Positions 8,132 to 17,717 of a DNA stretch of 39,939 bases are shown here, one piece after another (the first letter of the stretch is position 1; the number at the start of each line of letters is the position of its first letter). The DNA is from Candidatus Zixiibacteriota bacterium (lineage in GTDB: Bacteria > Zixibacteria > MSB-5A5 > UBA10806 > 4484-95), in contig JAOZPT010000018.1 of the NCBI GenBank assembly GCA_029932605.1, positions 1,790 through 41,728 on the forward strand, written 5' to 3'. A model generated the notes under the pieces. The model made no database searches, was not told where the DNA came from, and worked only from the letters and a program-made list of their open reading frames with translations. A program made the position numbers and the translations under genes.

Positions 8132-9855
8132 CGGAGGCCTGTGGCCATGGGAATCTCAATTGTAAAAGCAGCCCCACCCTCGTCAAGGTTTTCGGCAATT
8201 ATTTTACCGTTGTGGTTATTTATTATTTTCAAGCAGGTTGATAAACCCAGTCCATGACCGGCTCTCTTTGAAGTGATATGAGGTTCGAATATTTTCGGTA
8301 ATATATCCTCAGGTATGCCCGGCCCATTATCTGTGATAACAATCTTAACGTATGCTTTCTCGGGTAAAGCTTCAGCCTTAACTGTTATCTCACCCTCGCC
8401 CGCTCTATATTCAGCAAATATATCAACCGAATTTATAAACAGGTTTAAAAACACTTGGTGAAGTTGCCCCACATCAATATAGACCTTGGGTAGGTCAGCT
8501 GGAATATCGACATTGAATTTCACTCGTTTAAACTTGTTCTGTGGTCGAATGAATAAAATTAAATCTTCTATTAAGAGTTTTAAATCATAAGGAACCGGTT
8601 TGGAATCCAGAGTCGAGAAATCCATCAAACCATCGGAAAAACGCTTAATGCGGTCGACATTTTTAACGATGATATCGATCTTATTTTGGATTTTATTATG
8701 ATTCCCCTGGGACAAGTTTAAAGCCAGAAGTTGAGCATTGGTGGAAATAACGGTTAAATAGTTATTAAGCTCATGGCCAATGGCAGCCGCCATCTCCCCT
8801 TTAGCTATGAGTTTTTCAGACAATATAAGATATTGTTCTAAAACCACCTGTTCTGTAATATCCTCGATTAAAATTATATTTCCGATCGATTCTCCCTTGT
8901 AATCCTCAAAAGGGCAAAATCGAAGTTTCAAAATTATCTCCTCACCCTGGTAATCCACATGAAAACGGGATATCTGCAGTGGCTCATTTCTAATTGGAAA
9001 AATCGAATCAACAAAGGTAATGCGATACTTATCAGGTATAACATCGTTTATACTCAATCCTATCATCCCACCCTCTTCCGGGGGATAGTATGTCCAACCA
9101 ATTTTATTAAATATCTTCTCTGCCACCTCGTTGAATGATCTAATTATGCCTTTAGCATCTACTACCAGCAAGCCGATAGGCGTATTGGCGATGATATTCT
9201 GCTGGTATTTTTGGAGTTCCAACACCTTGGTATACAATCTCGCGTTATGGATTGCTAATGCCGCCTGAGCAGCAAACATCTCGAAAAGAGCTAAGTCTTG
9301 TTTTATAAAAACATTAGCCTGAGATGAGTTATCAAGATAGAGCACTCCTATGATTCTCTTTTTTATCATCAATGGCACGCACATCGCCGAACGGATGTTT
9401 AAATCGATAATAGAAGCTTTGCGAGAAAACCGGTCATCGGTTTGAGCATCAGAGGTGTATATCGATTTCCCGGTTTTGACCACCATATCAGCGATGGTGG
9501 TGGATATCCTCATATCTTCAGAATCCATCTGCTCTTTTTTGATATTATGCGCTGTCTTAAATTTCAGCTTACCATTATCATCTAAGAGCATCAAAAAACC
9601 GCGTTCCGCTTTTAACAGTTTAATGGACTTTTTCATCACGATATCAAGCATATCATCGAGGATAAGAGTAGAATTTACCACACAGCTAACCTCATACAAA
9701 GCTGCCAGGTCCTCGTAACCGACACGCTCGCCAAAGTCCACCACCTTATCAACCTCTTTCTCTTTGGCGCCGAGGTTAAATTTCATAAGCTCGGTGGCAA
9801 TATTTAAACCTTCGGTTTTATCAAAATTAACAGAATTGTCCATATTAGCCGACAT
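8128..9855 (-). CDS. Cytoplasmic GAF-PAS sensor histidine kinase
   Basis: GAF (IRSAMCVPL..IGVLYLD..AALAIHNARLY), PAS (IIANTPIGLLVVD..FN..AEKIF), H-box GHELNNYL, N-box QVFLNL..NS, DNGPGI and GHGLGLS. The stop overlaps the kinase start (ATGA). Confidence 0.9.
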   Translation of the reverse strand: MSANMDNSVNFDKTEGLNIATELMKFNLGAKEKEVDKVVDFGERVGYEDLAALYEVSCVVNSTLILDDMLDIVMKKSIKLLKAERGFLMLLDDNGKLKFKTAHNIKKEQMDSEDMRISTTIADMVVKTGKSIYTSDAQTDDRFSRKASIIDLNIRSAMCVPLMIKKRIIGVLYLDNSSQANVFIKQDLALFEMFAAQAALAIHNARLYTKVLELQKYQQNIIANTPIGLLVVDAKGIIRSFNEVAEKIFNKIGWTYYPPEEGGMIGLSINDVIPDKYRITFVDSIFPIRNEPLQISRFHVDYQGEEIILKLRFCPFEDYKGESIGNIILIEDITEQVVLEQYLILSEKLIAKGEMAAAIGHELNNYLTVISTNAQLLALNLSQGNHNKIQNKIDIIVKNVDRIKRFSDGLMDFSTLDSKPVPYDLKLLIEDLILFIRPQNKFKRVKFNVDIPADLPKVYIDVGQLHQVFLNLFINSVDIFAEYRAGEGEITVKAEALPEKAYVKIVITDNGPGIPEDILPKIFEPHITSKRAGHGLGLSTCLKIINNHNGKIIAENLDEGGAAFTIEIPMATGLR

Positions 9856-9896
9856 AGTTTTTCAACCATTTAACACGCAATCCGCTACCATTATCT

Positions 9897-9923
9897 ATAT
9901 CGGCGTAATAAATACACAAATGA
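9897..9923 (-). promoter_or_regulatory. Possible sigma-28 (FliA/SigD)-type promoter for the HK-kinase operon
   Basis: The minus strand reads TCAT-N15-GCCGATAT. The -10 element is a perfect match and the -35 element is weak. Confidence 0.3.
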
Positions 9924-10098
9924 GTTCAAGGATTTATTGAGTGACTATTTTTTAAAAATATTATGAATGTATTACAGATTGTTACAATCTTTTCAGTTTA
10001 CAAGGAAAATTAAAATTTGCAATTTTTAAGCGCTGGAAACGACGCTTATACTACAGGTTGCCATATCAGGTTATCTTAAGATAATAAGACTGTATAAG

Positions 10099-10620
10099 TT
10101 AAAGCCGTACAGCTGATTTTTTAGCTAAAACACGGGGGTTGTAAACCGGACAAACATCCTTTTGGTGACAAATTGGACAACTAACTATCCTGCAATATAA
10201 CCTGTGCAATATTAAAACAGCCAGGTAAATTCCAAATAGGCCATCGGGGTTAAAAGTTATGCCTGTTCTAAGATATAAAATGCCAAGACCGATAGGTAAT
10301 ATTCTTAACGGCCACAGAAAAATAGTCAAACCGTAACCAGCCTGAAAATAAATCGGATCGCTTTTTGGAAAAGCAAATCCTGCGATAAGACCCCAGCCGG
10401 TATTGCATCTTTTACCATAATAATAACATCTTGAGCACCTGATAAATGGTAACATAACAAATAGAGAAAAGGCCCAGAAGGCACCGAAGATAAGGCCAAG
10501 GTTTGCATTAAATAATAAAACCAGGTATATAGATAAACCTATTTCAGCAATACCGAAAAGCCAGCGGGGAACGATCCTGAGCCAGGGGTAGCTATCGCAT
10601 TTTGCACTTTTTTTATCCAT
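10099..10620 (-). CDS. Uncharacterised multi-pass membrane protein with two Cys clusters
   Basis: About four hydrophobic segments, plus the motifs CSRCYYYGKRC and CRIVSCPICHQKDVCP. Confidence 0.7.
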   Translation of the reverse strand: MDKKSAKCDSYPWLRIVPRWLFGIAEIGLSIYLVLLFNANLGLIFGAFWAFSLFVMLPFIRCSRCYYYGKRCNTGWGLIAGFAFPKSDPIYFQAGYGLTIFLWPLRILPIGLGILYLRTGITFNPDGLFGIYLAVLILHRLYCRIVSCPICHQKDVCPVYNPRVLAKKSAVRL

Positions 10621-10626
10621 AAAACT

Positions 10627-10655
10627 AATATATTGCTAATATATGAAAGTTGCAA
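10627..10655 (-). promoter_or_regulatory. Sigma-70 promoter positioned for a leaderless transcript
   Basis: TTGCAA-N17-TATATT followed by only 6 nt before the ATG at 10620. No SD is present. Confidence 0.5.
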
Positions 10656-10728
10656 GTTTTCTCTTTACAATCAACCTTTTTTCTGTAACAATATATTACT
10701 ATGAACGTAATCTTTAGGAGAGAATAAA

Positions 10729-11988
10729 ATGAGAAATATCATTAAACAATTTTTTATGGCCTTGTTTTTAGCTAGTCTTGTTATAAATACATCTTATGCT
10801 TCAATTACCCTTTTCCATTCCTATGCTGCTGATAATATAACTTTCAGTCCCGATTCCGTTTACGATGATGATATATATATTGCCGGCGGTGCCATTCGTT
10901 TCCAATCAAAGGTCACAGGTGACCTTATAGGCGCCAGTCGGGTACTCGTTTTTTCTGGGGAAACAAATAGTAGCCTTAATTGGACCGCACAACATATCAC
11001 AATCATCGGACCCGTTGACGCTTCTCTCAGGGTTTTCGCTCAGACCATCGATATCAACGCACCTGTTGGACGTAATGTTTTGGCATTTGGTCAATCCATT
11101 AAAATCGGCCCCTCAACCGAAATCTCCAACAATGCATGCATTTGCGCGGCTGAGGTGACATTCGAAGGAGATGTCAATAACCTTATAATAAGAGCTGAAC
11201 GTGTCACTATTGCCGGAAATGTTAACGGTAACCTCGATATCGAAGCAAATAAGCTTGAAATACAACCAAATACGGTTGTCGAAGGTGATTTCTATTATAA
11301 AACTCCCGAAGAGATAAAGCTTAAATCCGGTGCTGTCATTAAGGGTGAAACACACTGGACCGAAATGGAAAAGAAAGTGGAGGGGAAAAAATACAAGGCT
11401 TTTTCTGCCATTACATTCATATTGAAAATGTTCCTTGTATTGAACTTAATATTTAGCCTCCTGGTTCTTATAATCACCCTTATCCCCGGCAACACAGTTA
11501 TGATCCTTCTGGTGTTTTTAGCCCTGTTGGTCAGCGGATTAGTGGTCATAAAACTGAACAAACCAAGGGCTCTTAAGACCATGATTATAATGGAAAATCG
11601 CTTTTTCGTCGCTTTGGGACTGGGGCTTGTTTTGTTGTTACTGTTTCCATTTGTCGCTTGTATAGCAATACTCACCATCATAGGAATACCGTTGGGCTTG
11701 ATCATAGTTTTCGCTTTCGGTATCTTCTGTTTCGCGGGATCAATATATACGGCTCAGTTTGTCGGTACCAAATTAGCCAGATTCTTAAATATTCAAAGAG
11801 AACCACCCAGTTTTATATGTCTGGTTTTAGGAATAGTAGCGCTTTGTGGAATAAGCCTTATACCGTATATTGGCTGGATTGTGGCCCTGTTTGTTTTGAT
11901 ACTTGGATTGGGAGCAATTGTTTTGTCATTTGAACGATTCAACAAGAAAACAGTTAGCGAAATAATCCCCGGTCAGGAAGCCAAGTAA
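10729..11988 (+). CDS. Polymer-forming cytoskeletal (bactofilin-like beta-helix) domain membrane protein
   Basis: AGGAG RBS and signal peptide. Repeated V.GDL/I.G.V.G.L beta-helix pattern. Several C-terminal TM helices with motifs TIIGIPLG and IPYIGW. Confidence 0.75.
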   Translation: MRNIIKQFFMALFLASLVINTSYASITLFHSYAADNITFSPDSVYDDDIYIAGGAIRFQSKVTGDLIGASRVLVFSGETNSSLNWTAQHITIIGPVDASLRVFAQTIDINAPVGRNVLAFGQSIKIGPSTEISNNACICAAEVTFEGDVNNLIIRAERVTIAGNVNGNLDIEANKLEIQPNTVVEGDFYYKTPEEIKLKSGAVIKGETHWTEMEKKVEGKKYKAFSAITFILKMFLVLNLIFSLLVLIITLIPGNTVMILLVFLALLVSGLVVIKLNKPRALKTMIIMENRFFVALGLGLVLLLLFPFVACIAILTIIGIPLGLIIVFAFGIFCFAGSIYTAQFVGTKLARFLNIQREPPSFICLVLGIVALCGISLIPYIGWIVALFVLILGLGAIVLSFERFNKKTVSEIIPGQEAK

Positions 11989-12072
11989 TATGTACAGCAA
12001 ATAATTAAAGTGCTCCCATACATTCAAACTTTCCAACGTAAAAATTTTAATTTATCAGGCTGGAATTTATTT

Positions 12073-13221
12073 CTATTCTATAATCTTTGTAGATGTAACA
12101 TTATTCAGGATATTTGATTGTCGCTTGGCTTCTGCGGAATCTATTCTTCCATACGGGCACTTTTTACAGGCTCCCTGGGGGTCCAAACCCAGAAGAAACC
12201 GCACCACCCGTGGTAGAAGGTAACCGGAATTCAAACTGTCGATACGGTCGTAAGAATACTCCAACGGTTGACCGGTCATCACCACCCAGCCAACTCCATA
12301 ACCGTAAGTCACCAGAGTGGGAAGGTCACGGCTGTCAACAGTATAAACAACAGCACCTGCCGGAAGATTAGTAAAACCCTCATGCGAGGCATATCTCCCA
12401 TCAAGAACGCTATCCAAACCGGCAATGAGTTGTAATTGGGATGAGGTTATATAATTAGTTAAATCATAATCAGGGCTTATATCTACTTCTCCGGGAAGAG
12501 TGATTCCTGCCTCTTCAATAGAACCTTCGGCCCAACCGAGGTCACAAACCTCCCAGAAAATTGTGCCACCACAATAAATAAATTCATTTATATGAGCCTG
12601 AGCAATTCGATAGTTATCATAAAATGTTTGAACCTGGTCATTCGAGATTATAACTAAATCCACGCCCGGAACAAGGGTTACAGTATCCATCACATAAGAA
12701 GAAAGTATCTGGTACTGTTTAGTCCCCGAACCAAGTGTAAAACCGTTTTCGGCAAGCATATTGTCCATGGCGTATGAGTCCCAGGGCAGGTTATCGCGGA
12801 AAAGCTTTATCCTCGAGGCCGACCCGTAACCAGCCTGGGTTACGGTAACCGAAAACTCAAGAGTGTCCTCTTCAGAGACATCATCGGTGTGCCTGGCCCA
12901 AAAAAGCGCAACATCCTGGTCGTCGTGAAGTTTTATTGTAAATATCCTGTTGTTCCCCACTGGTACATTGGCGGATATTACAAAAGAGCCACCGGGCACA
13001 GGAACGATTTCAACACTATATACAAAAGGTGTAACTAAATCCACACCGGTCACCACTAAGGAAATGGAAGTTACGTTTAACAGAAGAGAGTCGTTGGGGA
13101 AGTTTACGGTTACGAAAGTGTTATTCTCCCCTACGGGTTCCACAACTACATCATCAGAGCACCCACCCGCAAATATTACCAACAATATCATAAATAATAA
13201 AAAAAACCTCATCACATTCAC
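12073..13221 (-). CDS. Putative lipoprotein with an N-terminal beta-sandwich and C-terminal class-I glutamine-amidotransferase-like fold (start may be the ATG at 13212)
   Basis: Lipobox-like LLVIFAGG-C. The C-terminal pattern DLVIIS..DQ..FY....I.EFI..GG....G.G.VV.TGQPLE is typical of GATase-like envelope domains. Confidence 0.65.
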   Translation of the reverse strand: MNVMRFFLLFMILLVIFAGGCSDDVVVEPVGENNTFVTVNFPNDSLLLNVTSISLVVTGVDLVTPFVYSVEIVPVPGGSFVISANVPVGNNRIFTIKLHDDQDVALFWARHTDDVSEEDTLEFSVTVTQAGYGSASRIKLFRDNLPWDSYAMDNMLAENGFTLGSGTKQYQILSSYVMDTVTLVPGVDLVIISNDQVQTFYDNYRIAQAHINEFIYCGGTIFWEVCDLGWAEGSIEEAGITLPGEVDISPDYDLTNYITSSQLQLIAGLDSVLDGRYASHEGFTNLPAGAVVYTVDSRDLPTLVTYGYGVGWVVMTGQPLEYSYDRIDSLNSGYLLPRVVRFLLGLDPQGACKKCPYGRIDSAEAKRQSNILNNVTSTKIIE

Positions 13222-13520
13222 CGCCCTGTTTGATATTTTCTCTAATTATGGTATCGTCTTGAGCAACAAGGTGTTTTAAGGAAGTTCTGTAAATCTGTTT
13301 TTTAGGTTGCATGGTCGTTTCAAGTCGAAAAAACCTTAATATTTTTAAATATAAGAAATACCATTACAAAGGCATATCTTGCAAACACAAAAAACCACAA
13401 TGGCTTACGATAATAATGATATATTAAAATTAACACTTCATCAATATGAAGCTACAGGGCAAACATAAAAGCTATAAATTTGAAGAAACCAAGGTTCGGT
13501 TTTATATTCTACTTAACTTC

Positions 13521-15389
13521 CTACCTGGAAAATAACCTGCCGTATGTATCTGAAACCTCAAAGGTTTCGATAGTAATATTCCGACCATTACCGCTGATAA
13601 TATCAAAACTTAAAACCTTCGTACCAATCGCCTGTCTCGAATCAGCACTATATACAATCACAGAAAGAAGATCATCTCTATCATTATATTTCAATTGTAA
13701 CCCCGGGGATGTCCGTATATTATCGATTTCGATATTGGGATGATTTATTCTGGCCAGCAACCCGCCTGCCGGAGCCGACGCTAATAGATTCAATGCCGCT
13801 GTATTTTCCTGTATGTCCAATACGATATTAGCAAGCCCCGGAGCAGAACCTTCCGGCGGAGGACTTGCATTTTCGCCAATCATACCCAGAAGGTAAATCA
13901 GGTCGGCTATCGTTTCAGGTGTACCATCTTGGTTGCAATCTGAGGCTATTCTCTGCCTGGCATTAAAGGGATTTGTTATAGGATCGATCAGGTGATCTGC
14001 AAAAACTACGGCATCACCAACCTCCCAGGCGAAACCATTGAGGTTGATATCGCCGATAATAAAATCCCCAGAGGACAGAAATGTTATACTGCCCTCATTA
14101 ATCCTTGGGTGAAACACCAGATAACCTGTTGAATCAGCAAGTATATTATCGGAAAGACCCTGAACCGGCATTATAAGAGGAACTGTCAACCCCGCCAGAC
14201 TGGAATCCATAGGAGCCATAAAATCAAGTCTGGCTAAGGAGTAAGTTCCATAAGTAAAAGGAGGAACATCACCACTGCTCAAGTTGGCCAAGCCCACTAG
14301 GCGCACCGAACCAGGACCCACCGGATCATATGTTACATTTGTATATTCCCAATCATTAAGACTCTCAAGAAATTCAACGTTTTCCAGCGATAAGACACTA
14401 TCACACCAGGTAATAAGAAAAGTAAAGCCTCCGATATTTGAGTTGTAACCACTCAATTCCAGGCTCAACTCCACACTGGCTGAATACCCAATATAAGTCG
14501 TATCATGGGTCACTGATACTACCACAGGTTTTATATCAAAGGAAACGTTGTTAACATCAGTTGCCGAATTAATATCAGTGGCGATAAAGTCTGCTTCAAA
14601 ACCAACATCCAACGACTCCGAGGGTGTCCATTCAAACCGGTAATCCACATAACCAGGCGCATTAATAACCTCGATTAAATCATAATCATCGTAAGGAAAA
14701 TCAACCTCTAACGTAATCGCTTCCTGGTCTTCATCAGTAGCGATGAAGGGAACAGAAAACGGAAAGGGGCCGTTTATGGCAAACAGAGTATCATCGGGTG
14801 GTGTTATTATCTCCGGAGGATAAGTCTCTAAAAATTGGAGCTGGCAAAACAGTATTGCTGGTGTAATAGGTGTCCAAAACTCATCGAACAATACCGTCAA
14901 ACCCTGAATCGGGTCCTCTCCCGGGAACAAAGGGCTCTGCTGGCCCATAACCTCCGGGTTATCGGTTGTATGTATTGTAAAAGTACCGACCATGACCCAT
15001 TCGCCATTTGTATTTATATAATTGGGTTCAGGTAACGAGAAATCAGCTATGCCCAGAAGCGATTGTGAGGTCAATCCCTCCTCAGGCCAGCCATCGGCAG
15101 GTTCACTGAAATACACATCCCAATCAAACAAGGGGCCAACGGGCAGGCCACCCAGACGAGCAACTACATATTCATTCTGGGTTGCCAGACAAAAATGAAC
15201 AAAAGCGATATTTTCATCGCATTTCATCCATATCGGAACAGAAATATCAGAATCAATACTCACAACAATTGGTGAACCGTCAGTATTACCAAATGATAAT
15301 GAGTCGATTCCCCCGGGGTCCTGGCCGATCGCCCCCTCAGCCATCACCAGAGCCACTACCAAGATTAAAAACAGCAGTAGCCCTTTCAT
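13521..15389 (-). CDS. Secreted cohesin-Ig-cohesin-dockerin protein (paralog of 601..2889) lacking the C-terminal sorting tail
   Basis: GAGGAG RBS and signal peptide. Cohesin patterns ISVPIW and IGGFTFLITW. Ig motif YPPEI..ATDED. Dockerin GDINLNG..VGDAV / SDCNQDG..IADL. It ends at VSDTYGRLFSR with no NPFN tail. Confidence 0.85.
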   Translation of the reverse strand: MKGLLLFLILVVALVMAEGAIGQDPGGIDSLSFGNTDGSPIVVSIDSDISVPIWMKCDENIAFVHFCLATQNEYVVARLGGLPVGPLFDWDVYFSEPADGWPEEGLTSQSLLGIADFSLPEPNYINTNGEWVMVGTFTIHTTDNPEVMGQQSPLFPGEDPIQGLTVLFDEFWTPITPAILFCQLQFLETYPPEIITPPDDTLFAINGPFPFSVPFIATDEDQEAITLEVDFPYDDYDLIEVINAPGYVDYRFEWTPSESLDVGFEADFIATDINSATDVNNVSFDIKPVVVSVTHDTTYIGYSASVELSLELSGYNSNIGGFTFLITWCDSVLSLENVEFLESLNDWEYTNVTYDPVGPGSVRLVGLANLSSGDVPPFTYGTYSLARLDFMAPMDSSLAGLTVPLIMPVQGLSDNILADSTGYLVFHPRINEGSITFLSSGDFIIGDINLNGFAWEVGDAVVFADHLIDPITNPFNARQRIASDCNQDGTPETIADLIYLLGMIGENASPPPEGSAPGLANIVLDIQENTAALNLLASAPAGGLLARINHPNIEIDNIRTSPGLQLKYNDRDDLLSVIVYSADSRQAIGTKVLSFDIISGNGRNITIETFEVSDTYGRLFSR

Positions 15390-15400
15390 GTTTACTCCTC

Positions 15401-17587
15401 TTATTTAATTAACGTAGCTTTTTTTACCTCTTTGAAGTCACTTGTTTTCATCCTGTAAAAATACACACCAGATGAAACGCTGTTGCCATGATTATCCTCA
15501 CCGTTCCAGATTAGGTAATGGTAACCAGCTGGATATTCAGATGAGGTCAGGTTACGGACAATCCTGCCTGCCATATCAAAAATATCGATACATACAAATG
15601 TTTTATCGGTTATATAAAAGCCGATCTTTGAACTAGTGTTAAAGGGATTTGGATAATTATCATATAAAACGTATGCCTCTGGAATCTCGGAATCGAATTT
15701 GCCACGGCAGGTTAGCATACGGCCATATCTATCAGAAGCCTGTAATTCAGTAAAACTTATACGGCCATCGCCACCAGCAACAACAGAGGTCCTGAAAACT
15801 TGTTGTTGCCCTGGAGATAACCCCTCACCGGAAAGGTCATACATAAGCACGCTAAGTATTTCGCCGTTATCATAAAAAGCCATTTCGAAATGGCTAAGGT
15901 TCTCCGGCGGAGAAAGTTCTAAGCCCTGGTGGTTTAACCTCACAAGCAGACCAGCCACCGATACGCTACTATGCACTGATATGTTAATAACATCTTTATA
16001 ATCTTCGGGTATGGTCACGTCAACGATCTCACCAGATATATCCAGGCCAAGAGGTGGATCGATGTTGCCGTTGATTATATTTAACAGATAGACAAGGTCT
16101 GCCACTGTCCCCGGTATACCATCCATGTTGATATCAGAAGCTTGAACCTGAATTGGATCGAATGGATACTCCTCGGGATTAACCAGATGGTTCACAAAAA
16201 GCACCATGTCAGCGATTTCAAATGGTATACCGTTAAGGTTTATATCACCCACCATAACATCCTCAGGGCCAATCACATCAATATTACCATCAACCAATTC
16301 AGGATGAATGAGGTTATGACCCGACGAATCCGAAAGCGCATTATCAGTAAGATCCTGGGTTAAAAAAATCACAGGCAGCTCTACACCAATTAAATTCTCG
16401 TCTGAGGAAACGGCAAAATTCAGGTTAAATACGGTACCTGTGCCAGGTGCCAAGGGCGGTGAAACAGGTTCGCCTATTAAATCCGCCAAGCCAACGATTC
16501 GGGCTGTCCCTAAACCTGCATCGTCAAAATTGATATTGAAATACTCCCAACTTCCAAGCCTGCCAGTTCGGGTAACACTTGAAAGAGTTAAAGACTCATA
16601 GTCCCAGAAAATAAGAATCTCGAAACCACCCACAATCGATGTTAGTCCATTATTGTTTAACGATACCGGCAACTCTACGCTTGAGCCCGGCAAGGCATTT
16701 ACCGAACCTATAATCAATTCAGTCGGAGTGACATTTAATTCAATATCAAGATTGACAACCCCTCCCTGGCTATCATCCACCGTAAACTGCAGGTCATAAG
16801 TACCAGAACTTCCCTCCGAAGGGACCCATCGAAAATAGTAACGGATATGACCAGGTTCGTTAACAATCTCCTCGAAAGTATAATTCGGGTCAGAAAAATC
16901 TACCGTGAGCGTCATCAGGTCGTTATCTTCATCAGTGCAATCCACATAATATGCAACCTCAAATTGCTCGTTAATATCAAAACTTCCTTCCGACGGCTCA
17001 TTAAACTCAGGTGGATTGTTAGGCGGGAAATACAACTTGCAGTAGATAGCCTCGGGAACCCAGCTGAGCATACCTGACTGGTCACCAAATACCAGAGTCC
17101 CATTCATGGGATTGGCACCCGGGAAGAGATCCATTGTATCACCTAGAACCTCAAAATTATCAGTTGTATGCATAGCAAACTCAGCCACCATTATCCAGGT
17201 ATAATTTGTGTGCAAATACGGGTTAGGCAAACCAAAAAGATCTGCCCAGCCAACTATCGACTGGTTGGAAACACCCTCAATCGGATAGTCAATATCGGGG
17301 TTGAGAAATGAGCAATCATCCCAGTCTGTTAACGGATAATAAAGATTGCCACCATCTCTGGAGGTTATATAATCGTTTTCGGTGCCAAGGGGAATATGTA
17401 CAAAAGCAACACTGTCATCAGTCTTGACCCAGACCGGTATCAAGATATCGCTATCTAAAGCGGCAAGTATAATACTTCCATCAAGGTTGCCAAAAATAAT
17501 CGAATCTGGCTCATCGGGGTCTTGAGCATAAACCATGCTTCCCAAAAAACACAAAAGCAAAACCCCATAAGCAATTTTTCTAGCCAT
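15401..17587 (-). CDS. Secreted cohesin-Ig-cohesin-dockerin protein with C-terminal FlgD/T9SS-type-A-like tail
   Basis: Start revised to the ATG at 17587 (GGGAG RBS, signal peptide MARKIAYG..VYA-Q). Ig motif NNPPEF..DEDND. Cohesin PGSSVELPVSL..VGGFEILI. Dockerin GDINLNG / SDINMDG. Tail NYPNPFN...KKATLIK. Confidence 0.85.
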   Translation of the reverse strand: MARKIAYGVLLLCFLGSMVYAQDPDEPDSIIFGNLDGSIILAALDSDILIPVWVKTDDSVAFVHIPLGTENDYITSRDGGNLYYPLTDWDDCSFLNPDIDYPIEGVSNQSIVGWADLFGLPNPYLHTNYTWIMVAEFAMHTTDNFEVLGDTMDLFPGANPMNGTLVFGDQSGMLSWVPEAIYCKLYFPPNNPPEFNEPSEGSFDINEQFEVAYYVDCTDEDNDLMTLTVDFSDPNYTFEEIVNEPGHIRYYFRWVPSEGSSGTYDLQFTVDDSQGGVVNLDIELNVTPTELIIGSVNALPGSSVELPVSLNNNGLTSIVGGFEILIFWDYESLTLSSVTRTGRLGSWEYFNINFDDAGLGTARIVGLADLIGEPVSPPLAPGTGTVFNLNFAVSSDENLIGVELPVIFLTQDLTDNALSDSSGHNLIHPELVDGNIDVIGPEDVMVGDINLNGIPFEIADMVLFVNHLVNPEEYPFDPIQVQASDINMDGIPGTVADLVYLLNIINGNIDPPLGLDISGEIVDVTIPEDYKDVINISVHSSVSVAGLLVRLNHQGLELSPPENLSHFEMAFYDNGEILSVLMYDLSGEGLSPGQQQVFRTSVVAGGDGRISFTELQASDRYGRMLTCRGKFDSEIPEAYVLYDNYPNPFNTSSKIGFYITDKTFVCIDIFDMAGRIVRNLTSSEYPAGYHYLIWNGEDNHGNSVSSGVYFYRMKTSDFKEVKKATLIK

Positions 17588-17717
17588 AAACAGCTCTCCC
17601 AATTTAAATATTTTCTCTACAAAGCAAAACTGCAAATCCTTCCGCGAAGCGCTACTAAGGACAATCCATGCAGATTGCCATTTATTAATTTAACCATTAT
17701 ATAAAAAAAATCAAGAA

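Noticed and set aside
10027..10084. Hairpin TAAGCG/CGCTTA and the 14-bp palindrome TTATCTTAAGATAA
   Set aside because: There is no U-tract, and AT-rich palindromes of this size can arise by chance. No function is supportable.
17588..17635. N-terminal extensions in the ORF track (also 21248..21268, 21472..21534 and 29213..29272)
   Set aside because: Downstream ATGs have better RBS or promoter context and give proper signal peptides or family N-termini.
17637..17679. Weak hairpins TCCTT...AAGGA and CAATC...GATTG
   Set aside because: Too degenerate to assign to a repeat family or a regulatory RNA.
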